From an uncultured Eubacteriales bacterium (GTDB taxonomy: Bacteria > Bacillota > Clostridia > Oscillospirales > Acutalibacteraceae), in NCBI GenBank assembly GCA_949299505.1, contig CASGAS010000001.1, positions 9,337 to 73,336 on the forward strand: a stretch of 64,000 bases of DNA. The letters run 5' to 3'. Shown here in pieces: positions 46,798 to 55,550 of this stretch (its first letter is position 1; the number at the start of each line of letters is the position of its first letter). The position numbers were made by a program, and so were the translations under genes. Below the pieces are notes generated by a model that made no database searches, was not told the origin of the DNA, and saw only the letters and a list, made by a program, of their open reading frames with translations.

Positions 46798-47661
46798 TTA
46801 TTCCATACCCTTGAGCGCCTCAAGCTCCGCCTTGCTCAAGCGCACCTGGGCGTCGCGGATGAGCTTGACCTCGTGGCGCTCGATAAGCAGCGGCGCGGCG
46901 TCCGGCCGGCGGTCCAGGCGGATTTTGAGCATGCCGGTCAACAGATTGTTGTCTACGACGACCCCGCGGCCCTCGCGCGTTTCCACCACGGCGCCGACCT
47001 TCGGCGTGTGGCGCAGCAGGTGGTCGTAGGCGGCCTGCTCGTATTTCAGGCAGCACATCAGCCGCCCGCAGGTGCCGCTGATTTTCCCGGGGTTTAAGGA
47101 CAGGCCCTGCTCTTTGGCCATTTTGATGGATACGGGGTGAAAGTCGTTCAAAAAGGTCGTGCAACAAAACGGCCGCCCGCAGATGCCGAATCCGCCGATC
47201 ATCTTGGATTCGTCGCGCACGCCGATTTGCCGCAGCTCGATGCGCGTGTGAAAGGTGCCGGCCAAATCCTTGACCAGGCTGCGGAAATCCACGCGGCCGT
47301 CCGCGGTGAAATAAAACAGGATTTTGCTGCCGTCAAAGGTATATTCCACGTCCACAAGCTTCATGTCAAGCTTATGCGCGCGAATTTTTTCCTCACAGAT
47401 GGAAAACGCCTTTTTCTCCTTGCTTCGGTTGTTTTCCATTGTCCGCAGATCCTCGGGTGTGGCGGCGCGCAGCACGCGCTTTAAGGGCTTGACGATTTGC
47501 GCGTCCTCCACCTCGTGGTTCGCCTGCGTGACTTCGCCGCACTCCGTCCCGCGCGCGGTTTCCACGACTGCATGGTCGCCTTTCTGAAAGGCGGTTTCGC
47601 CGGGGTCAAAATAATAGACTTTTCCGGCGTCTTTGAATCGAATACCGACTACTTGAGCCAT
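46798..47661 (-). CDS. ricT: PSP1-domain protein RicT (YaaT)
   Basis: VVGIRFKDAGKVYYFDP, the Cys cluster GICGRPFCC...CGRLMCCL, and a position downstream of holB. Confidence 0.9.
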   Translation of the reverse strand: MAQVVGIRFKDAGKVYYFDPGETAFQKGDHAVVETARGTECGEVTQANHEVEDAQIVKPLKRVLRAATPEDLRTMENNRSKEKKAFSICEEKIRAHKLDMKLVDVEYTFDGSKILFYFTADGRVDFRSLVKDLAGTFHTRIELRQIGVRDESKMIGGFGICGRPFCCTTFLNDFHPVSIKMAKEQGLSLNPGKISGTCGRLMCCLKYEQAAYDHLLRHTPKVGAVVETREGRGVVVDNNLLTGMLKIRLDRRPDAAPLLIERHEVKLIRDAQVRLSKAELEALKGME

Positions 47662-47688
47662 AGGTGCTCCTTTCCGGACCCTCTCGGG

Positions 47689-48558
47689 TCAGGGATGTTG
47701 ATGCGCCGCCCGGTGCAGGCGATAGCACAGCGCCGTCAGCAGCAGATTTGCGTTTTCATACCCGTCGTTTTCCGTTTCCAGCGCGCGCGTTTCCGTAAGC
47801 AGCGCATACAGCCGGGGCTTTGTAAACGACGCGGCCAAAAGCGTTGGCGCCTCTTTGAGCTGCGCGCGCGGCTGGGCGCCCGCCTTGCGGTACAGCGCCT
47901 CTTCGAGCGCGGCGGCAAAGCAGCGCAATACGTTTCCCATTTCCGTGCGGTCGCGTTCCAGCGGCGCGGTCGCCTGCAAAAGCGCCCACTCCGACTGCGT
48001 CAGCGCCCGGGAAAGGGCGGCTGCCGTTTCCAGCGTCTGCTCGGAAAAGCAGGCTTCCTCCCCCGGCAGCGAAAGCGTGACGGCGCGGGAACGTACGGTG
48101 GGCAGCAGCGCGCTGCCCGTCGGGCAGGTCAAAAGGAAATAGACGCCGGCCGGCGGTTCCTCTAAAATTTTGAGCAGGGCGTTTTCACTGCTGTCGTTCA
48201 TTGCCTGGCAGTCGTCCAGGATATAGACCTTTGTGTCGCCGTCGTTCGGCGCGACAAAGGCGTCCTGCCGGATGGCTCTGCAGGTTTCCACCTTAAACGT
48301 CCCGTTTTTCTTTTCCGGCCCGAACCGCTGTACGTCCGGATGGCTCCCGGACGCGCACTTGCGACAGGCGCGGCAGCTGTTGCAGGGCCGTTTTCCGTCG
48401 GCCGTGCAGACCAGCGCGCAGGCGAGCGCATCCGCAAGCGTCCGGCGCGCTTCGTCGCTGCCGCCCTCCAAAAGGACAGTCTGCGGGAACGTGCGCGAGG
48501 CAAGACGCGCCTCTACAAAGCGGCGGTCGCTTGCGGACAGTGGCAGCGTCCCGCTCAT
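47689..48558 (-). CDS. holB: DNA polymerase III delta' subunit
   Basis: AAA+-like clamp-loader subunit with the Zn module C-x-C...CNSCRACRKC, and HPD. ATGA overlap with darA. Confidence 0.85.
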   Translation of the reverse strand: MSGTLPLSASDRRFVEARLASRTFPQTVLLEGGSDEARRTLADALACALVCTADGKRPCNSCRACRKCASGSHPDVQRFGPEKKNGTFKVETCRAIRQDAFVAPNDGDTKVYILDDCQAMNDSSENALLKILEEPPAGVYFLLTCPTGSALLPTVRSRAVTLSLPGEEACFSEQTLETAAALSRALTQSEWALLQATAPLERDRTEMGNVLRCFAAALEEALYRKAGAQPRAQLKEAPTLLAASFTKPRLYALLTETRALETENDGYENANLLLTALCYRLHRAAHQHP

Positions 48559-48878
48559 AATTTGTGGAACTGCTCTACGTCCAGCACAAAAACGGTTGCG
48601 CCGCCCACGGTGATTTCCACCGGGATGGACAGCAGCGAATCGCTCATGTACCCGGAGTTGACGGGGACCTGCTGCTGCCGCTTGCAGCTGAATTCCTCAA
48701 TGACCGAAAGCGCTTCGGCGACCTTTTCTTCCTCCAGGCCGATGAGCATCGTCACGTTCCCGGCGCGCAAAAAGCCGCCGGACGTGGACAGCCGCGTGAC
48801 GGAAAACCCTTTGTTCGTCAGTTCCGACAACACGACGGAGGCGTCTTCGTTGTTGACGATGGCGATGATGAGCTTCAT
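48555..48878 (-). CDS. darA: Cyclic-di-AMP receptor DarA (YaaQ, PII-like)
   Basis: Trimmed to the ATG at 48878. MKLIIAIVNNEDA...VTRLSTSGGFLRAGNVTMLIG...GGATVFVLDVEQFHKL closely parallels B. subtilis DarA. Confidence 0.85.
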   Translation of the reverse strand: MKLIIAIVNNEDASVVLSELTNKGFSVTRLSTSGGFLRAGNVTMLIGLEEEKVAEALSVIEEFSCKRQQQVPVNSGYMSDSLLSIPVEITVGGATVFVLDVEQFHKL

Positions 48879-48914
48879 AAGAATTCCTCCCGGATGCAGC
48901 GCATCCAAACTCTA

Positions 48915-49847
48915 TTACACCTGCGAGAGCGCAATGAACACAGGCATGGTGACAATGGAAAACAGGCTGACCACGGTGACCGTCTGCGAAGCAACGGGGG
49001 TGCTTTTGCCGTATTTGGCGGCGAACAGCACCGTGTTGTTCGCCGTGGGGGCAGAGGCGGAAATCAAAAGCGCGGTCAAAAGCACGCCGGACACGCCGCA
49101 CAGCCGGGCCGCGAAAAGCGCGGCCGCGGGAAAAAGCAGCAGCTTAAACGCGGCGACCGCATAAATCTGCGGCCGGCAAAACATCGTGCGCAGCTGCGTG
49201 TGCGCAAGGTAGGTGCCGAACATAAGCATGGCAAGCGGCGTGTTGAGCTGCGCCAGCAGGCGAACGGGCTCGAGGAGAAGGTCCGGCAGCTGTACGCCCG
49301 TCCAAAACAGGGGCAGCCCAAGCAAAACGGAGACGACGCCGGGATTCAAAAGCAGCTTGCGCGGAGAAAACGCGGCCTTTCCGGTGTTTTGGGACATCAG
49401 CCATACGCCGTGCGTAAACGCAAGCAGATTAAAGGGAACCAGCACGCCCGAGCAGTAAAACACGCCCGCGTCGCCCAACGTCGCCTGTGCAAGCGGCAGC
49501 GCCATGTAGCCGACGTTGCCGTAAACGCAGGCGAAGCGGTAAATGGGGCCGTCCTCGCCGGATTTTCGGAACAGCGGCCAGGAGAGCGCAATGGCCAGCA
49601 GGTGCAGCGCCGCGCCGCCGGCCACGGCAAACAGAAGACCGCGCGTGGAAGAAGCGGTGCGCTCCATCCCGGAAAAGGCCTGTATGACCACGGCGGGCGT
49701 AACAATGTAAAACAGCAAATCGTTGGTCAGACGGGCGGCTTTTTCCGTATACAGCCCCGCCTTATCGCAGCAGAAGCCCACGGCGGCCAGAATAAACAGA
49801 ATGGCGACCTGGCCGCCCGCCGCAGCCGCGTTTTGCAAAAAGCTCAT
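48915..49847 (-). CDS. AEC (auxin efflux carrier) family transporter
   Basis: 310 aa with about 10 TM segments and an AEC-like repeat organisation. Confidence 0.75.
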   Translation of the reverse strand: MSFLQNAAAAGGQVAILFILAAVGFCCDKAGLYTEKAARLTNDLLFYIVTPAVVIQAFSGMERTASSTRGLLFAVAGGAALHLLAIALSWPLFRKSGEDGPIYRFACVYGNVGYMALPLAQATLGDAGVFYCSGVLVPFNLLAFTHGVWLMSQNTGKAAFSPRKLLLNPGVVSVLLGLPLFWTGVQLPDLLLEPVRLLAQLNTPLAMLMFGTYLAHTQLRTMFCRPQIYAVAAFKLLLFPAAALFAARLCGVSGVLLTALLISASAPTANNTVLFAAKYGKSTPVASQTVTVVSLFSIVTMPVFIALSQV

Positions 49848-50779
49848 GCGTTCGGCTGTGCGGCGTCTTCCGGCTGCGCCTGCGCCATCGCCGGCTCCTC
49901 CGAAGCGGGACGGCCGAAGCGCAGCTGCTGTGCAAGGAAAACGACCGCAAACACCGCAAACCCGATTTCACCGAAGGAGAACGCAAACCCGTCCGCCAGC
50001 AGCTCGCCCTTCCCGGCAACGGTGCAGACCAGGCGCGAAAGCCCAATCACCGCGGCAAGGAAAGCGGCGGGCAGGCCGAACCGGACCGCCTTGCGCATTT
50101 CGCCCTTCGGGTTGACCTCGGCGGCGATGCGGGCGAACGAAAGCAAAAACAGCATCATAAAAGCAAGCATCGCAAGCTCCAGCAGCAGCTCGGAGACCAT
50201 GGTGAAGCTGATTTTCGTCATGAACCGCAGGACGATGCGGAACATCGCCCAGAAAAGCGGCGTGAGCGCAAGCAGCCGGAACTTGGCGAACTGCTTGGTT
50301 CCCTTGGCGTAGGAAACGGCCAAGAGCAGCATGTAGACGGCCGCCAGCACCCCGCAAACTGCGCGCAGCGCCTCGGCGAGCAGCCCCTCGGAAAACAGCA
50401 GCGTCCCGACGGGCAGGCTGTTGTTTTGGGCGACCAGCGCCGGAATTTGCATCGCGGCGAGCGCCGCGTCATACAGCAGGCCGACGGCGAACAGGCCGCT
50501 TGCGGCGACTAACGCCGGGTCTTTGCGCACAATCGCGCGGGAAGCGGGAATGCGCGCGCTGCAGGCCGGCAGGACCGTCAGCAGCAAAACGGAAAGCAGC
50601 AGCAGGCCGTACAGGACGTAAACCGACCAGTCCACCGCCGCGAAAAAGCCCGTGTGCGGCTCGATATTTGTAAACAGCTGCACCGTGCGCAAAACTGCGG
50701 CGAGCGCCGTCGTCACGCCGAAAACGCACAGCAAAAGGCGCAGGTCGATTTGGTCGGTTTTTCGAATGCTCAGCTTCAT
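49844..50779 (-). CDS. Hypothetical polytopic membrane protein
   Basis: 311 aa with about 8 TM segments. GGAAGGG precedes the ATG, and there is an ATGA overlap with the AEC gene. I recognise no family. Confidence 0.55.
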   Translation of the reverse strand: MKLSIRKTDQIDLRLLLCVFGVTTALAAVLRTVQLFTNIEPHTGFFAAVDWSVYVLYGLLLLSVLLLTVLPACSARIPASRAIVRKDPALVAASGLFAVGLLYDAALAAMQIPALVAQNNSLPVGTLLFSEGLLAEALRAVCGVLAAVYMLLLAVSYAKGTKQFAKFRLLALTPLFWAMFRIVLRFMTKISFTMVSELLLELAMLAFMMLFLLSFARIAAEVNPKGEMRKAVRFGLPAAFLAAVIGLSRLVCTVAGKGELLADGFAFSFGEIGFAVFAVVFLAQQLRFGRPASEEPAMAQAQPEDAAQPNA

Positions 50780-50820
50780 GGCAGGTACCCTTCCTCGTAT
50801 TCAACGGGCAAAAGCCCGGT

Positions 50821-52233
50821 TTACCGCTCCTCCGGCGGGATGTATTCGGTCTGTACGACGTGGTCCGGCGTGCGTTCGTCCAGCGGAACGAACTGCCGCG
50901 GCAGGGAGACGTTTTTATACGCCGGGCGCATAATGCGGCTGCCGGACGTGAGCTCCTCAAGCCGGTGCGCCGACCAGCCCGCAATGCGCGCTGCCATAAA
51001 GAGCGGCGTGAACAGGTCCTTCGGGATGCGCAGCATTTCGTAGATAAGCCCCGAATAGAGGTCGACGTTGGCGCACATTTTTTTCTTTTCGCCCTTGTAT
51101 TTGGCAAACAGCTCCGGGGTGAGCGCTTCAATGAGCTCCAGCGTACGGAACCGGTCCTCAAAGCCGTGCGCTTTGGCAAACGACCGGGCGCGTTCGCGCA
51201 GGATAACGGCGCGCGGGTCGGAAAGCGTATAGACCGCGTGGCCCATGCCGTAAATCAGCCCCGTGCCGTCGCCCGCTTCCTTGCGGATAATCTTCGCCAG
51301 ATAATCGGCGACCTGCCCCTCGTTTGTCGGGTCCGCGATGTGCGCGCGCATATCCTCAACCATTTCGACAACCTTGATGTTCGCGCCGCCGTGCTTCGGG
51401 CCTTTCAAAGAGCCGATGCCCGCCGCAATGGCGGAATAGGTGTCGGTCCCCGAGGAGGTGATGCAGCGCGTGGTGAACGTCGAGTTATTGCCGCCGCCGT
51501 GCTCGGCGTGGATGACCATGCACAGATCCAGAAGCTTCGCCTCTTCGTCCGTGAATTTCCGGTCGGGACGGATGGCGTGCAAAATGGATTCCGCCGTCTT
51601 TAAGGACTTGTCGTTCTGGTGGATGTACATGCTTTTGTGGTCGTACACGCGGCGCTTGACCTGATAGGCGTACGCCATAATGGTCGGAATTTGCGCAATC
51701 AGCTGGATGGACTGACGCAGCACGTTTTCCACGGCGGTGTCGTCGGGCGTTTCGTCAAACGAATACAGCGCCAAAACGGACCGCGCGACCTTGTTCATGA
51801 TATTGGGCGAGGGCGCCTTCATAATCATGTCTTCAATAAATTCGTCCGGCAGCTCCCGGCACGCCGCCAGGATTTCGCAGAACCGGTCGAGCTGCCTTTG
51901 CGTCGGCAAATCGCCGAACAGCAGCAGCCACGCGACCTCCTCAAAGCCGAAGCGGTTCTTTTCTTCGCAGTCGCGGACGATTTCGCTCATGTCAATGCCG
52001 CGGTAAGTAAGCCGCCCCGCCTTCGGGACGCGCTCGCCGTCTTCAATATAATACCCCTCGACCGAGCAGATACGCGTAAGCCCCGCCATGACGCCGGTGC
52101 CGTCGGGGTTGCGAAGCCCCCGCTTGACCTCGAAGCGGCTGTAATCCTCGGGGCGGATACGGTTATTTTTGGCGAGCTCTTCGCATAAGCTGGAAAGAGC
52201 GTCGTTGGAAATCGGGGAAATGTAGTCGGACAT
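50821..52233 (-). CDS. Citrate synthase (citrate/2-methylcitrate synthase family)
   Basis: HAEHGGGNNSTF, GPKHGGAN and GHAVYT. Trimmed to the ATG at 52233, 9 nt after AAAGGAG; the maximal ORF starts at 52254. Confidence 0.9.
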   Translation of the reverse strand: MSDYISPISNDALSSLCEELAKNNRIRPEDYSRFEVKRGLRNPDGTGVMAGLTRICSVEGYYIEDGERVPKAGRLTYRGIDMSEIVRDCEEKNRFGFEEVAWLLLFGDLPTQRQLDRFCEILAACRELPDEFIEDMIMKAPSPNIMNKVARSVLALYSFDETPDDTAVENVLRQSIQLIAQIPTIMAYAYQVKRRVYDHKSMYIHQNDKSLKTAESILHAIRPDRKFTDEEAKLLDLCMVIHAEHGGGNNSTFTTRCITSSGTDTYSAIAAGIGSLKGPKHGGANIKVVEMVEDMRAHIADPTNEGQVADYLAKIIRKEAGDGTGLIYGMGHAVYTLSDPRAVILRERARSFAKAHGFEDRFRTLELIEALTPELFAKYKGEKKKMCANVDLYSGLIYEMLRIPKDLFTPLFMAARIAGWSAHRLEELTSGSRIMRPAYKNVSLPRQFVPLDERTPDHVVQTEYIPPEER

Positions 52234-52321
52234 CGGTACTGTGCTCCTTTTCATGCCGCAGGGCGCCGTGCGCCGCTATATGACCGGCAAAAGCCGGGAA
52301 ACTTCATTCAATAGATATACC

Positions 52322-52350
52322 ATTGTATCGCAAAACACGGGCAAAGTCAA
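52322..52350 (-). promoter_or_regulatory. Promoter of the citrate synthase gene
   Basis: On the minus strand: TTGACT, 17 nt, TACAAT. Confidence 0.5.
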
Positions 52351-52386
52351 CCAATCGAACGGGAAAAAACGAAAGGATGCGCGCGT

Positions 52387-53388
52387 ATGAAAACCTATCT
52401 CCTGCTATGTCTGGTACTGGCGGTCGCCATGTTCACGTCGCCGGTCACGTCGCTCGACCTGGACGGCTTTTCCATAGAGGCGGCGCGGCAGGCGCTGCTT
52501 GAGGAAACGGTGCAGACCGCCGGGCAGGCGGCCGCCGACGCGGAAAACACCGTTGCGGTTTTGCAGACGGCGGGCGGGAACGTCGTCGAAATGAACACGG
52601 CCGAATACCTTGTGGGCTGCGTTGCGGCGGAGATGTCCGCGCAAAGCGAACCGGAGGCGCTTAAGGCGCAGGCGGTAGCGGCGTACACGAACGTCCTGCG
52701 CCTGCAGGCGGGGGAGGACGATCTGGCGCTTCTCGGCGCGGACATTTCCGACGACCCGGCGCGCCACCAGGGATATTTGGACGAAACGGCGCGGCGCGAA
52801 AAGTGGGGCGACAATTTCGGCGTTTACGAAGAAAAGCTGCGCGCGGCGGTCGAAGCCGTATTCGGACAGGCGCTTACATACGACGGCGCTTATATCACCG
52901 CGGCCTACTGCGCGCTTTGCCCGGGCCGCACGGAAAGCGCCGCGTACATCTGGGGCGCGGACGTGCCGTACCTCCAATCGGTCACAAGCCCCGGCGACCG
53001 GCTGTCGCCCGATTTTACGAGCAGCACGGTGCTTTCCGCCGACGCGGTGCGCGAAAAGCTGTCCGCGCAAAGCGGCGTGACCCTGTCCGACGACCCGGCC
53101 GCCTGGATTTCCGGCCTGACGTTTTCCGAAAACGGAACCGGCGTCGTCGTCTGTGTCACCGTCGGCGGCAAAACGATGACCGGCCAGCAGCTGCGCACGC
53201 TTTTGGGGCTTCGCTCGCCCGCCTTTACCGTCGCGTTTGCGGACGGGCAGTTTACCTTTTCCTGCACGGGCAGCGGCCACGGCGTCGGCATGAGCCAGTA
53301 CGGCGCGGACTATATGGCGCGGCAGGGGGCGGATTATCGCGAAATCCTGGCGCATTATTACCCCGGAACAACGCTTAGCGGGGCATAA
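52387..53388 (+). CDS. spoIID: Stage II sporulation protein D (SpoIID lytic transglycosylase)
   Basis: EYLVGCVAAEM, EALKAQAVAAYTN, GHGVGMSQYGA, with an N-terminal signal or anchor. Confidence 0.85.
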   Translation: MKTYLLLCLVLAVAMFTSPVTSLDLDGFSIEAARQALLEETVQTAGQAAADAENTVAVLQTAGGNVVEMNTAEYLVGCVAAEMSAQSEPEALKAQAVAAYTNVLRLQAGEDDLALLGADISDDPARHQGYLDETARREKWGDNFGVYEEKLRAAVEAVFGQALTYDGAYITAAYCALCPGRTESAAYIWGADVPYLQSVTSPGDRLSPDFTSSTVLSADAVREKLSAQSGVTLSDDPAAWISGLTFSENGTGVVVCVTVGGKTMTGQQLRTLLGLRSPAFTVAFADGQFTFSCTGSGHGVGMSQYGADYMARQGADYREILAHYYPGTTLSGA

Positions 53389-53413
53389 AAAAACCGCCCG
53401 TGCGGGCGGCTTT
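53387..53413. terminator. Terminator between convergent spoIID and the HTH-membrane gene
   Basis: AAAAAAA-CCGCCC-GTGC-GGGCGG-CTTTAT. The stem is short. Confidence 0.5.
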
Positions 53414-53418
53414 ATGTG

Positions 53419-54360
53419 TTAGGCGGTCAGCGTGACAATGGCGTCGATTCCCGCGGGAACGGCGAAATACAAAATCGGCAGCACCGTCAAAAACAGCGTT
53501 TGCAGCTTTGGAAAGCGGTAAATGCCGAACGCCGCGCCGTAAAAAACGCAGAGGCTCAGCGCAATGCGCAGGCCGACGCTGACGAAAACCAGTGCGGTGG
53601 CGTCTTCGTGGTAGCCGAGCGCGAACCAGAGCACATAATACAGCATCTTGGCGCCCAGCGCGACGGCAAACAGGATGCGCAGCGTTTTGCGGCCCTGTTC
53701 GGAGGCCTCCTCCGTGGTTGCCTTGACAAAAAAGGTCAGGAAGACGACGTCGACAAACAGGAAAACGAAGGTCAGCACCACCTGTGCGACGAACCAACCG
53801 GACGCCGTGCCGTTGTTCTGCACCTGCCTAGCAAGCAGCAGAAGCAGCCAGCCGGTGACCGAGCCGCTCATGAACGGATACAGAAACTCAAATTCCGCAA
53901 CCCGCCCGCGCAGGTTGCTTTTTTTGATGAGGTAGGAGCCAAGGAATATACCCGAGCAAATGGTCACGACCGTCCCGCACAGGTCCGATACGACCGGATA
54001 GAGCGCGGTAACCGGCGCGCCGAGCGAGGAGGCGATTGTGGCGGGCGTGTCCAAAAAGCCGATGACCAGCGCGCAGAGAATTTGCCAAACCAGCACAACG
54101 ACAAACAGGTACCAGAACGGCTTTTTGGGCGTGACGCGTTCGGCGGCGCGTTCGGCGGCGCGCAGCGCGTCGATGTCCACCTCAAAATAGTCGGCGGGAA
54201 GACCATATGCCGCGATGAGCTTCTGCCGGATGCTGCCGGGCACCTCCCCGGTCATTTCAAGACGCTCGATTTCGCTTTCCGGAAGCGCCAAAAGCTCGGC
54301 GACGTCCTTGCGCCAGAGGTTGTGCTCGGCGCGAAAATCTGAAAGCGTGCGAGTTGCCAT
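53419..54360 (-). CDS. Helix-turn-helix domain fused to a polytopic membrane domain (unknown function)
   Basis: N-terminal XRE-like HTH (LSDFRAEHNLWRKDVAELLALPESEIERLEMTG) followed by about 7 TM segments. Confidence 0.6.
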   Translation of the reverse strand: MATRTLSDFRAEHNLWRKDVAELLALPESEIERLEMTGEVPGSIRQKLIAAYGLPADYFEVDIDALRAAERAAERVTPKKPFWYLFVVVLVWQILCALVIGFLDTPATIASSLGAPVTALYPVVSDLCGTVVTICSGIFLGSYLIKKSNLRGRVAEFEFLYPFMSGSVTGWLLLLLARQVQNNGTASGWFVAQVVLTFVFLFVDVVFLTFFVKATTEEASEQGRKTLRILFAVALGAKMLYYVLWFALGYHEDATALVFVSVGLRIALSLCVFYGAAFGIYRFPKLQTLFLTVLPILYFAVPAGIDAIVTLTA

Positions 54361-54453
54361 GTTGGAAAACCCCTTTCTCGATCAATACGGGTCGAAGCAA
54401 ACGGCTGCGGCGGCGCCTTGCCCTGCGGCTTCTCCCGATTTTATACCAAAGGT

Positions 54454-54482
54454 ATTGTACCATGTTTGCCGGTTGGTGTAAA
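54454..54482 (-). promoter_or_regulatory. Promoter of the HTH-membrane gene
   Basis: On the minus strand: TTTACA, 17 nt, TACAAT with a TG extension. Confidence 0.5.
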
Positions 54483-54602
54483 GCGCGCGTTTGCCGCCGG
54501 AGTGCAAAAAAGAAGGCGCAAAATGCACCGGTTTTCTGGACATGTGCACAGCCGGGCATGATGCTGCAAAAATCGGACAAACTGTTTTCGGGAGGGATAG
54601 CC

Positions 54603-54797
54603 ATGCAAAAACGCAGGAATGAAAAGCCCGTGGAGCCGAAGACGCCGGCGCGCGCCTTACCCGGCGAGGAAGAGGACGCGTTCGAGCTGCTGCGCAAATT
54701 CGGCACTTACGAAGTGCAGCCGACCGCCGACACGGAAAATGCGTTTCCGGCGATAAGCCAGGGCTTGCCGGACGCAGAACAAGACGAAAGTTCGTGA
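54603..54797 (+). CDS. Hypothetical small acidic protein (64 aa)
   Basis: ATG at 54603 lies 6 nt after GGGAGGG, inside ORF 54354..54797. Sequence is MQKRRNEKPVEPKTPARALPGEEEDAFELLRKFGTYEVQPTADTENAFPAI... I recognise no family. Confidence 0.45.
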   Translation: MQKRRNEKPVEPKTPARALPGEEEDAFELLRKFGTYEVQPTADTENAFPAISQGLPDAEQDESS

Positions 54798-54816
54798 AAT
54801 TTGTGAAAAAGCCCAT

Positions 54817-54845
54817 TTGCTTTTTTCGCGCCTTTGCGCTATAAT
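54817..54845 (+). promoter_or_regulatory. Near-consensus promoter upstream of a terminator-like hairpin and the CarD-like gene
   Basis: TTGCTT (54817-54822), 17 nt, TATAAT (54840-54845). Confidence 0.5.
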
Positions 54846-54864
54846 TAGATAAGAAACAAACAAC

Positions 54865-54927
54865 AGCACGCCGCCGTCCGAAACGCCCAGCGCACTTTGC
54901 TTCGGTTTCGCGGGCGTGCTTTTTTAT
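54865..54927 (+). terminator. Terminator-like long hairpin with U-run (attenuator, short RNA 3' end, or terminator of the small ORF)
   Basis: Outer stem AGCACGCC / GGCGTGCT and inner stem CGAAAC / GTTTCG, followed by TTTTTT at 54921-54926. Confidence 0.55.
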
Positions 54928-54989
54928 GGCTTGGCACCCGTATGGCTTTCGGCATATCGGGGCACGGTTCGGTTAAGGAGGTTATCGCG

Positions 54990-55472
54990 GTGTTTGCAGT
55001 TCACGACAAAGTCATGTACGGGCAGACCGGTGTTTGCGAAATCACCGAAATCTGCCAAAAGAAATTCGGAAAGCGGGCGGAGGCGTATTATGTGCTGCAC
55101 CCGCTGTACGGGGAAAATACGACCATTTACTGCCCGGTCAACGGTGAAAACATCCCCATGCGCGCGCTTTTGCAAAAAAAGCAGGTGCAGTCGCTGATTC
55201 GGGAAATGCCCGACCTGCCGGCGCAGTGGATTGGAAACGACGCAAAGCGGCACAGCGCCCAGACGCAGGTTCTGCACACGGGCGACCACCGCGCGCTCAT
55301 GCAGATGATCAAAAGCCTGTACATCCGCCGCCGCGAACGCACCGCCGAGGGCAAACGCTTCCACCAGGCGGACGAACGCGCGCTCAAGGACGCCGAGGCG
55401 CTTTTGTACCGGGAATTTGCCCAGGTGCTCGGCGTCGAGCCCGAGGAAATCCCCGCCATGCTCGGCGCGTAA
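54990..55472 (+). CDS. CarD/CdnL family transcriptional regulator
   Basis: GTG at 54990 lies 8 nt after AAGGAGG. It has a CarD_TRCF-like N-terminal Tudor-like domain (FAVHDKVMYGQTGVCEITEI...YYVLHPLY) and a helical C-terminal domain. Confidence 0.75.
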   Translation: MFAVHDKVMYGQTGVCEITEICQKKFGKRAEAYYVLHPLYGENTTIYCPVNGENIPMRALLQKKQVQSLIREMPDLPAQWIGNDAKRHSAQTQVLHTGDHRALMQMIKSLYIRRRERTAEGKRFHQADERALKDAEALLYREFAQVLGVEPEEIPAMLGA

Positions 55473-55506
55473 ACATAAACCCGGGCGGCATATCGGTTTA
55501 ACTTAA

Positions 55507-55550
55507 GACGGGCGGGCGCATTTCGCGTCCGCCCGTCTCTTTGCTTTTTT
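55507..55550. terminator. Terminator between convergent genes
   Basis: AGACGGGCGGGCGC-ATTTC-GCGTCCGCCCGTCT followed by CTTTGCTTTTTT. Confidence 0.7.

Noticed and set aside
52255-52386. A sigma-E type sporulation promoter expected upstream of spoIID.
   Set aside because: I could not find a convincing match to the ATA...CATACA-T pattern. Only the divergent citrate synthase promoter is clear, so I make no call.
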